A stretch of 64,000 nt of DNA from Trichoplax adhaerens (Eukaryota; Animalia; Placozoa). Position 1 is the first letter of the stretch, and every line of letters begins with the position of its first letter. Below are positions 24,501 to 39,088 of the stretch, one piece after another. The position numbers and the translations under genes were made by a program. The stretch is from contig NW_002060964.1 of NCBI RefSeq assembly GCF_000150275.1, forward strand, positions 673,643 through 737,642, in the 5' to 3' direction. Under the pieces are notes generated by a model. That model had not been told where the DNA came from and made no database searches. It worked only from the letters and a program-made list of their open reading frames with translations.

Positions 24501-27500
24501 ACTCGTCCCACGTTATATCCACAGAATTTATCCATTCCTGTAGTGTCTCTGTTTTTTGGGGACATGCTTCGATAATTGCGTTACCTTCTGTATGGACCTT
24601 AGTGATGCGGTCAGAAGCTTGGATCTTAGATGTCTCAACCCATTTTTCAAAAGCTTTGCTTATAACCTGTCAAAAGAAATATAATCTTATATAAGAGAAG
24701 CGATAGAACACCATCATTTCATAACTATCCTAATAGAGATAAGAAGATAGCGCGCTGACGAAATAATAAATAGTGTTATTTTGATCATCTCTACAGAACC
24801 TTACCTCTAATTATACAAACATCACTATTAAATCATGTTAGGCTACATCCTGGGATAGATATTTAGAATTCACTATCCTAGTGTAGTTAAGGAGTAAAAA
24901 TCTATGCCCTGGCTTGACATTATGAAATTCAGTAATATGAAATTTCTCTTATCCAACAATGTATAATGTAACAGGAAAGAAATCAGATATTGGGCATTAT
25001 TGGATGGACTATATTAGTATTGAGCATGAATTATTCTGCTACACCTATGAAGCAGAAATTTAAATGTTTTTTTATATAAATTGGGAAAGGGACCAAATAT
25101 GATAATTGCTACAATAAAGACTATGATAAAGTTCTTTAATTTCCCGAGTCTATTTCTGATTCCTTCTCATTCGGTCACTTTTGTTCTGAAGTGAAATATC
25201 TCGGAGGAAAATTCCAATTTATGGTATCTTATCTTATATGTTATTATAATTACTAGTGAAAGAAGCTACGAGAGGCTAACGAATAAAATAATTGAAACTC
25301 AAGAGCTTAAGAGCCTCATACAGATATAGAATATAAAAAAAACGAAATGAAATGAAGGAAGGACTCTATATTTTTGCGTTAATTAATAAAAAATAGAAAT
25401 ACGAATATACGAGTATTTCAATTCAGGATATCCTTCTAAAATACAGGCTATACAAACTATTTTTTTGTATTTAAGAGTTATCCATTAATGGCAGCTGATT
25501 ATTGCGATTACCTGTAGCTGTTCATAGTCATATCCGCAATCTTGTGATTTGGCTAGTAAGGTATGTTCTTGTGTCCACTGATTTAAATCATCAACCTAAA
25601 CGACAGAAATATAAAATGCACAATCCGTTAAAAGGTAATAATAGCAATGATAGGAATAATTTTAGAATTATAATGAAAGATCAATTGGATTATTTCACGC
25701 GTAAGGGGATAAGTAAAGATTGTTAATTTACGATGGCGAGGGCAAATATTTCAAGCGGAGAGTAGAATAAACACTAACTTCACGTTTAAATCGATAAATT
25801 CTAAGTAAGAGTTGATAAAGTTCAGTTTTCTCTTGAGCCAAGCTACAAAATTCTTCATAAATTTCATTGATATGCTCTCTTTGATCCTCGAGGGCGTTTC
25901 TAATCAATAATAAATAGGAATATAGATTGCTGGTAAGCTATAGAATTGAATCGATCAGCTAAAATTCTACAGTCTATAATCAATTTATCTACTATTAGAA
26001 GTAAACACAAGGTTTTCATATACTGTCCATAATTAATTCATGAATAAAGAATGAATTCTACTATCTATAGTTAATTAATCTACTCAACAATTTTGTTTTA
26101 TTTTAGGAAATTAAAATCCTCAACGTATTTTATGCTTAGGACGATCAATTAATCTTTATCTCTCCATAATTAACTAATTCGCCTATAATTAATTTATCTA
26201 CCCAATAAATTTTCTCTTATTTTAGTATATCAAAACCGTTAATATCTTCCTATACTTAGAAAGGAACATACAGTCTTCATCTCTTCATAATTAATAACTA
26301 ATTAATTCTACTGTCTATAATTAAATTGTCTACAATGTAATTTTGTTTCGTTTTAGGAAATTAAAATCATCTATGTCATCTTATGCTTAGAAACGAACAC
26401 AAAGTCTTCATCTATATTCTCGATATTGTCTACAGCAGAATTTAATTCCTGTAAATGAGCGGAGTATTGATGGATTGTACTTGTATGCGAATCGTGGAGT
26501 TTGATAGCCCTCAATGTTGAAACTTCGTTCTATCCAATCGGTGATAACTTTAAATTAGTATGTGTGTACTAAAGTGCAATAGTAAGGACATTTATTACCT
26601 TGGGTTTATCTTGTGAATCAATAACGGCAAGCTTTTCATTAACCCACTCTTGAAATTCATTTAGATCAAACATCAACTTATATGATGAAAGTAGATAAGA
26701 AGTAAGATTAACGCTAAGCCGTGGACAAATTTATAGTCTGATATTAAATCCAGGAAGATGAATGAGAACAAAATGAATACTGTGATAGCTGTTGGCGCTA
26801 TCATCCGATAGAATAGATAAGATATCGTGATCATAACTAACCTTAAAAGCTTTGGTATATCTAGCTAACAATTCGTCACGATTTGTACAACAATCTTCCA
26901 AGCTAACCCATTCAGATTCTAAAAGATCAGTTTTACTTTGGATATCTTCGATTAAGCTAGGATCTACCTTCATCAACTCATCAGCTACTTGAAATATCGA
27001 CTCAAAGAGTGGCTCATGATGACTAATTTCATTTCGTAAATGCTGTAATGTTTCCATCATTTTTAAATTGCATTAGTCATCATCTCATCATTAATAAGCT
27101 TAGATTCCAAATTACAAATAGATCGGTACCTGATGCATTCTATTCTGGCTTCTGATTTCTGATAAGTTATTTCCAGTTTCTTCTGACATAGCAAGCATTT
27201 TTTTCTCATGGATCCACAGCTAATAAAACAATACGACCGTTTATATTGATGGTATCAACCTATATCATCCAATATCGATTGTTTTAAACTATTTAGATAT
27301 ACCAGTTCATCATCGACTTTAAAGCTAAACTGGTGACGTTGTCGTGATGCATTTATTAGTTGTCGTCGCTTTTTGCATGGTTCATCAAATTCATCAATTC
27401 TGAAATATTCATTCAAAGTTATTATCAACCATTCTGCTAGCATAGCATAGGACAGCTTATCACGCCTATAGTTCTATACAGTAGACGACTAGATATTCTA

Positions 27501-30500
27501 GATTATAAGAGCATATATCGAGATCTTTCGAGTTTATAATGGTCATTGCAATATTTATAGTAAGAGTTTAACTAGAGTGGAATAAACTAACCTATTTATA
27601 AGTGAGTTAATTTGATCCTTAACTTCATTATCGTCTTCGCCATCTGGATTGTACAGTTCTGAAAGGCGCTTCTTACGATTAGCTAATTCGTTCTCAACCT
27701 CCTAGATAGGAATTATTAAGTTATTAAGATTAAAATTTGCAGCAAATTAGGATAATAACACTACAGAATGGCTTCCTTGATGCTCTTTTATGAACAGAAT
27801 TTCATTTACAAGATAACCAATATCTTTCGCATAAATGTATAACTGACCTGTGTCATTATTAGTGAAGTTAATTTTTTATCGAATAGTCTCATTTTTACAC
27901 GTTATACTTATAATGACATTTACAGTATCAAGAATTTTTTAAGTATTATGATGATTAAGGTGAGAACCAACATTTTCTATCTCAGTATTGAATGCATAAG
28001 GGAGATTAGGATATCAAATGATCTCAAGGCTGCTCTATTGATCAATACTTTTCATGATTATGACGCTAATTTATAAACTGATGTGTATAACGTTAAAGCT
28101 AACATGGAGCATTAACGTCAATATGACCCAATGAATACAGTACATGAAGATCGAATATAACTACATTCATATTGAATAGATTAGGAAGATTAGGATATCT
28201 AATAATCTTAATGCTGTTCTATGTACATTTATTGTTACTTCTTATGATTATGATGGTAATTTCTATGCTGGCATAAATAACATTATAGCTGATTTCGAGC
28301 ATTAACGTTGATATGATCCGATCAACACATCAATATTGAACAGATTAGGGTGATTAAGATTTAAAAAAAACCTGCAATACTGCCATAGATACACTAATCA
28401 ATATTTTCCATCATTATTACTATCATTTATATATGCTGACGTAAATAAATTAGTTATACTAGGTGCTTATAATTACAGTTTCAGTATCCAAAATTGAGAT
28501 GTGTTATGGACTGATAAGAACAAATTACTAATACCCTTAATATCAAGCAGATTAGGAAGATTAGGGTATGGCATAATCTTAATACTGCTTCACGTACATT
28601 GATCGATATCTGTTATCATTATGACTGTAAATTATAGGCTAATATACATTACATTAAAGCTGATATCGAATATTAACGTTGATATAACCAATTGGCTACG
28701 ATAATTGCATTATCTGTAGCCTTCATGACTGTCAATAAAATGAATAATATTGTTAGCTATTGTTAGCTATTATAAATAAAACTATAATTGATACCAATAG
28801 TATAACGCAATAGATTAGGATAAAAATGTAATCCAATAGTTTCTCCATTAGAATTTATAATTAACTTAGCAAATTAATTATCCAATGTGATTTATAACAG
28901 AAATGATTGCATTTACCGTTTGTTTTGCCAGGAGTCGATCGCATGTAATCAGATCTTTACCGGTGTCTTCATTGTTAAGGGAAACCTCCACAGAGTTAAT
29001 CCAGTCTTCAAATCCATTAGCAGCCAATTGAACTTGACGTTGATAATCGAGATTTTTCAACTTTCCCCCCTGATGAGCGGATGCTTGACAGAGTGCCAAC
29101 CATTGCTTTTGCAAACCATCCAGATTTTCTTCAATTTCGTTTTGCAGATCCGGATAAACTTCCATCAGATTCTCTCCAGTTTCTTTAACCTGATCTAATT
29201 GATCTTTAGTAGCTACTAATTCAGCTTCAAAGGTATTATGCTTTTGTAATAGTCCAAATACATTGGATCTGTCCGATATATCAATGTCTGTTGTTAATTT
29301 TAATTTTTCATCGATCCAATCGCGTAGCCCTTCGCAGTCTGCTGTAAATTTGTAATATTTATATGATTTATCTAATTCATCTTGGGTTTGCTGGAATCGT
29401 CGACGATTTTTCTCTAAGCGTTCGTCAAGTGCACCAGCTTTAGTGACTAATTTATCGCCATCTTCATGCTCTTTAACGGATAACCGCCTAGCAAATTGTT
29501 TGAGCTCGTCTACTTTTTCAGCACAAGTTTCAAAGCTTCGCTCATGATCTTTATGATGTTTTAACATTTCTACCAAATTATACAAAGAAATTTTTTTCTG
29601 CTTTTCTTTAATGATAACAGATCGAACAAGGTTCTTCAATCTTTTAGTAGGACGACTCTTTGTATTGGTATTAGCTCCAATTTGTGATAATGTTCGAGCA
29701 ACATACATATCTTGCAAGAGGAGTGCGCCTTCAATTTGCCTACAATTTCCGTAGAAGATGGATTCTTCATAGCGTTCTTGTAAAACTTTCTTATGTTTCT
29801 CATATAAATCCAAAAATTCTTGCCAATTATGATTTAATTCTGTCAATTTTGTTTTCAATTGTTGATCTTCATTCTCGTCGTCAAGATAAGGAAGCGATTT
29901 TTCGTTAATATCACTAGCAAGTTGAACATGACTTTCAATTTCAGCTTGTAAATCCTCGTGCACTTTAATCGCCATTTCAGCATCCGCAGCTTTAAGCGGT
30001 ACATGGTCAGATTGCTGATCAATTTCTTGAAGAGCTTTGCTAATCCAGTCTAGAAAATCTTCTATATCAATGAGTAGCCTTTGATAGTCACTGCAATCTC
30101 CAATGATAGCGCGTTGTCGATCAATTCGATCACTTAAGTCACCCCATTGAGATTGTAAATTTTGCAACTTTTCATCTAATTGGCATCGATCATCTTCCTC
30201 TAGATCAGGTAATTCATTGTAGTTATCCAGAATAGCTGTCATCCTTTCTTTAGCAGCAGCTGAATCGCGTTCAACAGCATTTAATTCACTTTGCAATTTT
30301 AATGTTGCATCACTATCTGTAGTAGCAGGTACATTTTCACGCAATCGAGCTGTAATGACTGTAATCCAAGTCGTGGTAGAATCAATGTCGAAACATAATT
30401 TTAAAAAGCCAATTTTGCAATGCAAGCAATCCACTTTTTCCTTCAAAATAGTATGTGCTCCATTCCAAGTTTCATTGCAATTATCTCGCATGGCTTCAAT

Positions 30501-33500
30501 TTCATCTAAATTATACTCTAGGCTTTCCAATAGTTCTTCACTTTGCTCTTGTACATGATGATAGCGATCGGCATTTTTATCCAGGTCTGCTTGTATTCCT
30601 TCCAATCTTTTCATCATTATTTCAGCTTCATTTAATTCATTGGGTAAAGTTATGGATTTCAAGATCACAATTTTATCATTAGCTAAAGATACCACTGTAT
30701 CGACATCACTGAGAAATGCGAAAAATTGCTGTAAACTCATTAAACGATGATGACGCTTTTGCACTAGCTCTAATAACTGTTGATAATTCTTTTTAATGGT
30801 AAATAGACGCACTACAACATCATCAGAAGCTTTATCAATCTCAGCTAAATCTTCTGCTGAAGCTTCCAAGGTTTCAATTTGAGATTGGTAAGCTTTAATT
30901 TCTTCTTGTAAATTTTGATGTGTTTTAAGAATAGATCGCAAACCACTGTCCTCATTACAGTGAACATCGACTGACATTAAACTACTGTGCAGCGTTATCC
31001 ATGACTCAATCATACTAGCTTCCAGAAGAAATTGTCCAAGCGCTTCTATTTCTGTAATACGTTTCGATCGGATTGCAACGGATTCTTTTAGATTGGACCA
31101 TAAAGTCTGTAATTCATCCATGTTAGCTAGGACTTCTTCAGCGTTTTCATTTCGAGTTGCTAATATTTCTTGACCATTATCTAAAATTTGCTCTATTACA
31201 GCTTCATGACCATCAATATCAGATGCAATAGCTCGATGACGGCGTGCAACCAAAGCTACCGAGGCATACTCTTTAATAGTGGTTAAATCGGTGTGTGTTA
31301 GCGATCGTTCAATTTGTTGGATCCAATTTAACTCTTCATCAACATAAGTAAAGAAGTTAAATAAACGTTGTGCATGTTCTAATTGTGCTCGACGTGTTTG
31401 AGCAAGCATATTCACTTCAGTAATAATTTCTTGTATTTCCTCAACAGCATCGTTGACTTCACGAGAAACGTCCTCATCTGCAAAATGTCATGAAATAGAA
31501 TCAATTATATATAGGTATGAAGTGTTGCTTATTTTTCGCTGAAAATGGAATAGGTACAAGTAATATTTGTTTATAAAAACTGTTACAAATCATGAGGGGA
31601 TAGAAATGACTAGAAAACAACATTGCTAATATTTATGCTGTAATTAATTAGTGAATTAGCTAGTCTACATCAATCTGCAATATAAAATTAGGTTCGATTT
31701 TATGATTTTAGATTCGTGTAACTCATTTACGAATATCTTGCAAATCATGCTTGCATCATGCGCATGGAAAGGAAATAACGAAAAATTATAATTTTGCCAC
31801 GTAGTCTGATCGAAAACTGCTGCGGATATCTTCCTAGTGGCAGGAAAATAACGAAAAACTATGATTTTGCAATGTGCTGTAATTGGGAACTGATCCGGAA
31901 AGTGCTATTCAAGATTGCATTTTATACATGGCAAGAAAATAGCGGAAAGTCATCATTTTACCAAATACTCTAATTGAAGAATACTAATTTTGTTTCAATA
32001 TTCATCAACAATCTGAATAATTATTTTCCTGCAAGGAAAATAATACATAACATCGTCATCTCCTAAAATACCTGCATCATCAAGTGCTTCTACAAAATCT
32101 TTGGCATCAGCAACAGTATGCATAATAACCTCTTGATTGGTATTAAAATCTGTTTCAAGTATGTTATATTGCTGAAGTAAATTAGTAACATCAGCTAATT
32201 CTCTTCCACAATCTTCCGACTGGAATCCGGCCTGCAAGATAAAATTGTCAATTTTTATTAGGCTATAACAATTTTGATCATGCCACTAAGATTACGCACT
32301 ATCGTATTCACAGATAGGCGCATATGAATTATAAATTGTTTGCGACTTACTTATAACAAGATGTAATGGCATATTAGGACATATTACATCTTTTGATAAT
32401 TTAAGAACTTTGTATACAGTATTGTAATATATCCTCATTAAAAGCTATTTCTAATGATAGCTTAAACCTTACGTCACATAATATAGCACTTCAAATCAGA
32501 TATGAAAATAAACTAGAGTTTAAGCACATTTTCTGGCGGTTTTTAGCTACAATGTAGCTATAGCATATCCTAGCTAAGTTTGGCCATATTATCGATCCAT
32601 AACTCATCAATTCGATAGGGCCATATGTACAACAAACACCAATCAAAATATTGCATGAAGCGAAATTTTCTGCTATAAATTATCTATAAATAATGTACCA
32701 TGGACTACTAAATCTTATGAATGTATTTTTTGGCCTAGATTATGCCGAGGTATAAAGAAATATAGACTGTAAATTCTAATTATGGTTTTATTATAAATAT
32801 TACAGCAAGAAGAAGAATTAATAATGTATAAATTATTAAACAACTTGAAATATTTGTGGCACAGTTTGTAATTTTTCGTTCAAATATTGAATCAATATTT
32901 TTTAATATTTATATTTTAATTTCTCAAGCGTATCTATCGAATAAGACATTAGGGTACCTTTATTTCTGCTATAGAGTTCTTCCAGCTGCTAATTTTGCTT
33001 AACAATATTTGTAGTTGTATATGTAGGTCCAGCTTGCTACGACGGTATTTAAGAGCTTCTAACAATTCCTTCCAGGTTTCGAAAACATCATCACGTCTAC
33101 GTACGATGATCATTATTTATTAATTAGAATATCCTCAAATTTTACTTATAAAAAGGATTATTTATTACAACAATTTTGTCCTCACTTTTCTGTAATTCGC
33201 TGAATTTCATGGTAATTCTCTCTCTCTAGCTCGCCATGAAGATCATTCAGGGCTTGCACTCTTCTTTGATAGGTAGTAACATCGGCTACAATAGCTTCAT
33301 GCTTCTTCTTAGAAGCTTCCACAGCTGTTAAAGTAGAGCCAAAATCTTCATCGCTAATCAGGCGTAAATTATCCGTAATCCACTGAAATCTTAACCTAGC
33401 CTATTAATTAATAAAGATGATATAAATCGTTTTCGTCTTATTTAACCTATATGATAGGATTTGCTATTCCTATTGACGTGATACCAGTAAGTTAAAGAAT

Positions 33501-36500
33501 AAAGATTCTTAAGACATTTAAAATTCTTGAACCATCTACAGATCTGGCTGTAGATGTAATCGATATAATTATTTTAAAAAAAATGCAGTGCAGATCATAT
33601 AGTTTACTTGAATACACCAAAATTATTATAAGTTAATATTTGCTAACTATCGTATACTCTTGAAAAAAAATATTTAAAAGATTAAGTGTATACGCATATC
33701 AATACTAAATTAATGAATGCTAGCTAAGACAACTACAGATATCTACTTTAAGAGAGTAAAGTCGATCAAATTAGCTCAAATTCCTATTAAACTTCTATAC
33801 TGTAAATGCATTCTGAGTAACAATATTATGGTTATTGCACACCCAATACAAAATGAGATCTGATACCTTTCTATCAAAGGAGGTCGCTAGCTGTTCTAAT
33901 CTTTCTTGCCTAGAAAGTATAAATCAAGATAGAGAGGGTAAATCACGGAACAGTGAATATAATGGCGACTGTAACATCTAATGTCCGCAAGGCCATAATC
34001 ACAGGCTCATTACCTCATAATTTCCTGGCGTAGAGCTAGTTCCGTTTCGTGTTCAGCTTTCTCCAGCTCCCCCCAAGCCTAATCAATATTTATATCGTAA
34101 ACTGATTTGTTAAAACGTATTATTTAAACCGTAAAATATTCAAGCCAAAAATAACCCATGTGTAGCTGTGATTTCAATATTACCTTGTTGATATTGCGTA
34201 CGGTTTTACTCTCCTCTGGTGTATATCCCTTCTGATTGTTAGCACGCATTTGACTTTGCAGATTGAATAATTTTTCTTCTATGTCTCCCTTCTCTGAAAA
34301 TCTAGGTGAATAAATGAGTAGATTATTATTTTTTAAATAACAGTGTCAAATAACAAGTAGTCACAAATTAGCTGAAGATTAATGTTATAATCGCAATCAA
34401 ATATCCATAAACTGAGTAAAACGTAAACTGCAAATCTTTATATTATAAGTCATACTTAGGAGGTTTTTCTACTATTCGATATGTATTAAATTCGGTGAGT
34501 TGCCGTTGTACACCAAGAAGTGAATTGTTAAATTGTCGCTCTGATAGCCTTGTAATGGTAATACTAATCCATTTGAGTAGAGTCGTGGATAAAGTTTCAT
34601 ACTCCCGTATTAACCTAGCATTCTCCATGACTTTGTTCATAACCTTTATTGATAAATTTTTGATGATCAAATTGGTTAGAATATCTATTACAGACACTAC
34701 TTAAAATCTTGCCTGATCTGAATTATTTGATACTAGAATATGCTTTATTTATAAGCGAGTCAATGCAATATAGCAATACTCTATCAACTGTTTCTAGGTT
34801 TAAAGCATTCTAAAAGCTACATTTGTTCAATTTTATGTACAGTTTGTAAATTTATGAGGGAGTAAACCACTATTTGAAGCTAATCAGATCGCTATCATAA
34901 AATATTTATTTATACCAATGCTAGATGTGATTTACAACTCAAGGTGCCATCATAGCCCACATAATAATGATATTACTACTCAAATTGAATGATTAGTTGC
35001 GCTATTTTTGCGTTAACGTAAATTTTATCAATATTTTCTTGAATAGACCCAAGGAATGATAATTATTTGGCCATTATCAGGTCTATTCCTTAATCTCAAT
35101 AATATTAATTAAAAAATTTTAACAAATATTATCCATGCAGTGCTTGACTCATTTACTTTTTTATCAGTCCGTATTTAAATTGAAACATATAAAAATAAAA
35201 TTAGAATTTTCCATAGCTAGTAATTTCAAAAATTCACACATACTTAAGGAATGTTGGTATATTTAAAAGTACTTTATTTCATATCTAATTTGTCTAGGTA
35301 GTTTGGTTTGTACATATTTATCTTAGGAATAATTTATCTACCTTTCCAACACGTCGTTCAACAACATCTTCAGCTCGCATTTTGGAAAATATTTGATAAT
35401 ATGATGCGACATAAGTGATGATGGATTTTTCATCAGCATAATCGACTACGTCTACAATTATAAAAAAAGTCCAATCAAGAATATACACTATACTATCTTG
35501 GCTAGACTATCTACTGTATGCTTGAGATATTAACTGTATACCTTCAGCATCCAGTAGAGGCATTACACCGAAATTTTCTTCTGCGATACGAAAAGCACTT
35601 TGTAAATTTTTAATATCTTCCTTGCTCTGTAAATTGTCGTAGTTTACCAGATCAGGCCTACATTCAGGTAGATTTTATATATCTTTTTTTAATAAAGAGA
35701 ACTTAATATGAGATGTGCAACTATAATATCATGTATAGAGAGTTTTATAAATATCAAACATAACAGTTAATTATTAAAAATCAAGATCATAACCTATGTC
35801 TATGAATTAAAGCATTAAATGCTAATCCATCCTTCCAACTGGTAGTAAAGTTGTTAATCTTCACATTCTTGTATCTAAGTTTAGAAAGACACAGTTTATA
35901 TATAGAAATGAAAGTCTTATCCCTACAAGCAGTGATCCAGAACTCAAAACATCAGTATAATTTAGTACCATTATACTTTTCAAATAATATTTAGTTATAT
36001 TTATAAACATGTAACAAATTTATTGCGCTTCAAATAATAATAGCAGAATAAAATTTTGCTATATGCTGCAACTGTACTTAAACAAATTAGCTATAAAATA
36101 TCTTCCAACGAATGTTTAATAAATACGTATAAATATGGCTAATGAATCCCTAAAAAGATGAAAATAAATTACTACGTTCGTACTAACCCTTGGGTTTTAA
36201 TCTTGCACCACAGTAGTAAAGATTCTTTAGCTGATCTTTTTTCGCGTGATTCACCGCCATCTTCCTCATCAATTTGAATACCTTGTATCTAAATAGAATT
36301 ATGAATCAGGTAGTTATCGCCAAAATCTTTAGTATAACGATTATTTTAACCAGACGACTGATAGATAGTTATTAAACTTATAGTAAAGATCAAATACAAT
36401 TTGGGAAGCTTGTGAAGTGAATTGTGAAGTAAATTGGGCAAATCATTTATATATCTTGATTATTTTGCTCTATGTTTACCTGAAATCTTAAAATGATAAT

Positions 36501-39088
36501 CCAGATTAGGCCGAGTGTGATGGTATGATTGCTATCAATAATATCATTCGCGCCGATATTCTCCAATTTTACCTAGAAATATTGTTATTAACATGAATTA
36601 TCATATTTTAGTAAATTAGTCCCTATATTGTGCGACGGCAACAGGCCACATTAACGTTCCTATTGAATCTCTCCAAAAGCTGTATACGAGTATTAATCTA
36701 AAGAATCGAAATCTGGAAACTCATGCTTAAAACTAACGTTTTTCTTTTGCAAATATGTTAGAGATAAATTAATGTTTTGAACGCGTTGGATTCGCATTTT
36801 TCCTCTGGTGATTTTACCCTAGAAAAGACATTTAAATGGGTAAATGAAAACAGCATGAAGTACGTAACACTGCAGTTAAGAACATAAATAGCATCGGAAT
36901 TGATGAAAAAATTGATTGCGATATTAGCATTTCCATATTAATTTGATACATGATGTACAGAAATCACATTAGCAATGATCTTTATTTGACCTACTCGAAC
37001 ATAAATATTTTCCTAGTCTTTTAAAATTAAAGCGTATTTAGCAATCATTACGATGATGATATTATTACTTTCGAAAATATTAAAGCGGTAAAATAAAAAA
37101 AATTTGGTTCAAAGCAAATTAATTGTTGATAAAAAAATTTTAGCATGATAAGGTAGATCATTAATGATCCACACGCCGTGTAATTGTAGCGGTAACAATG
37201 ACGCTAGCTAAAGTGCCTTTTAATTCTACCTTATTTAATCTAATTTGAATGATAGTAATATTTTATCGTCATAATGTATCTTAGTATGGGAAGGTTAATA
37301 AAATTAAATGATAAAATTGCAGGATAAGAGTAAATGAATAATTATTGAATAGAAATAAGGAAATCTATGATATGGCAAGTGTTGTTTCCAAAGAATTCAG
37401 CAAAATTTTGAAGTATTCCGATAATTATAGCACTTGTAAGACATTCCGTAATACGCGTAAATAAGCTTATCCAAAATTTCTTAGTAAACTCAGGCATTAC
37501 TAACGAATGATCCTAGTGATATTATTTATTTCTCTATGTTATATCGAAGTAAGAGTGTGTAAAATTTTTGTAATCAAAATGGACTAATAACATAATTGAT
37601 ATGAAAAGTCGACATGATAATCTTATGGCTTTCAAGCAGTCAAGCATCGCTTTCTATAATGGAATGGCTCCTGTAACACCTGTTAACTATCTCTAAAGGC
37701 TACACTATTCTAATTTCTACGACCTAAATTCATAGGCGCCGGAAAAAACTTCCTTAATAACATTGCTTCTTTGTATCTTATCGAATCAAGGTAGCGAGAA
37801 ATAATAAATATGAATATTTTAATATCCGCTACTAAATTGTAGTCTAGTAAGAATAGTTTATTGCCGCAATAGCCATGTGCAAGATTGATTCATGGCATTA
37901 CTGCTCAGAATTTGTAACATTTTGTTAAGCATCTCTAAAGTAGACTATTTGATACGGTAATTTGCTAATCTAGTCTAAATTTAGCTATTAGCTATGATTA
38001 TTCTCTATATATTGCAGTGTAACGAAGGACTTCATCAAATTTTAAACAAATATGAAATCAAGAAACAATACGAATAATGAGTTGAAGAATGATTCAATAA
38101 CGATCTCATATGCAATAGAATTTTTAGATGGGCTATGCCTGCTATTATTGCATTTGTGAAAGTAGATCTCAACCCAAGTTTGCATAATCTAATTTAATTA
38201 ATGTCTTTAAAGGAATCTCTATTCATTTTTTTGTTCTATTAATATTATAATGACAATATAACGGCACAAATTTCTAGCTAAGGTTAAATTAATAATTATA
38301 ATTTATGCTGACACTCAGTGTAATTAGAGTAGATGAGCCCTTGTATTATCGTTAATAAACTAATCTCCAGGTCGATATTATTCTGATTTTGTATTGGCTA
38401 ATTTAAGGGAGGCGTTACTTATGATTTTTAATAATATTATTCTTCACATTGTAGCAAGCCGTCAGTGTGATATAATGGCAGCATAATTAAATCTAGCGAT
38501 AACAATAAAGTCATCAAGCGTACCACTCGTTCGCCAGATAGAACTTCAAGTAGTCGTAAAATAATAATTCCATCTTTTAGATCTTCATATAGATCTTTCA
38601 CTTCGAGATGGACTTTGGCGATATGAGAATTAACCCATTTAGTGAAAGTTTTTTTCTGGACATTTTCTCGTTCACCTATTCTCATAAGAAGAAGTGCAGG
38701 AATAAAAATTGAGCTGGTCATTATAAGATAGCCAAGTCTACATTAACCTCTATTTTTAATATAGCTAAAGCCAATAGCGCAATGTTAATATACGAGTTCA
38801 TTATAGGCAATATATAATATATGCTACAATGACCTTTTATCTTCTGGCTTTTTATATGTAATAAAAGCCAATAATTCAAGTTTAGATAGAAGAGAATTAC
38901 AATGCAAAACGAATTAATAATTATAAGCATATTTTCGTTAAAAGATCGACTATAAGTTTGAATACATTAGAATTCGGTGTTAGGTTTAGTCAATGCCTAT
39001 GATTTTCTCGCGTAAATAACTGACCTGCTAATGCTTTTCTAGATTTCTCAAACATTCCTGCTCTTGCTTCATCATTATTTTGTGACAT
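18581..39088 (-). CDS. SPTB: Beta-spectrin (two CH domains, ~17 spectrin repeats, acidic linker, PH domain); multi-exon, last exon uncertain
   Basis: Exon 1 (39088-39025) [21 protein letters not shown] splices to 38675-38524 [20 protein letters not shown] exons: 36818-36738, 36572-36480 ([13 protein letters not shown]), 36288-36188 ([10 protein letters not shown]), 35874-35794 ([19 protein letters not shown]), 35657-35542, 35451-35342 (DEKSIITYV). A 2.56-kb repeat exon lies at 31477-28917. Repeat-17-like [18 protein letters not shown] at ~22.3 kb. PH exons read GVIHRKH / RSWDKL..LRFYKD / [14 protein letters not shown] / [10 protein letters not shown] (18707-18665). Junctions checked are GT-AG and in frame. 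The symbol denotes the family, not a specific vertebrate paralog. Confidence 0.93.
20416..21237 (-). repeat. Tandem exon+intron duplication array in beta-spectrin (four 60-nt phase-1 exons; period 151-162 bp)
   Basis: Exons 21051-20992, 20900-20841, 20739-20680 and 20578-20519 each have CAG| and |GTAC boundaries and encode E/L-NQExELxxIEDQEIxPxxx-like peptides. The introns are homologous. The same acceptor opens the 20416-19831 exon, and a similar donor end closes exon 21237-21138. Confidence 0.9.
25960..26400. repeat. Intronic tandem duplication, ~3 copies of ~120-130 bp
   Basis: TTTAG(G/T)A-AT-AAAA-C...AT(G/A)CTTAG recurs at ~26101, 26221 and 26351. Confidence 0.7.
27930..28700. repeat. 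Intronic tandem duplication, ~4 copies of ~165-205 bp
   Basis: GATTAG(G)A-GATTAGGATAT anchors at 28004, 28188, 28352 and 28559; AAAGCTGA...ATTAACGT-(G/A)ATAT recurs. Confidence 0.75.
31760..31990. repeat. Short intronic tandem repeat (~3 copies, 70-90 bp)
   Basis: GGAAA(A)TAACGAAAAA-TAT-ATTTTGC motif at ~31771 and 31843, with a variant at ~31935. Confidence 0.6.

Noticed and set aside
28887-30682. Plus-strand ORFs (28887, 29684, 30355, 30455) and similar ones over spectrin and NR3 exons
   Set aside because: Antisense shadows of real minus-strand coding exons.
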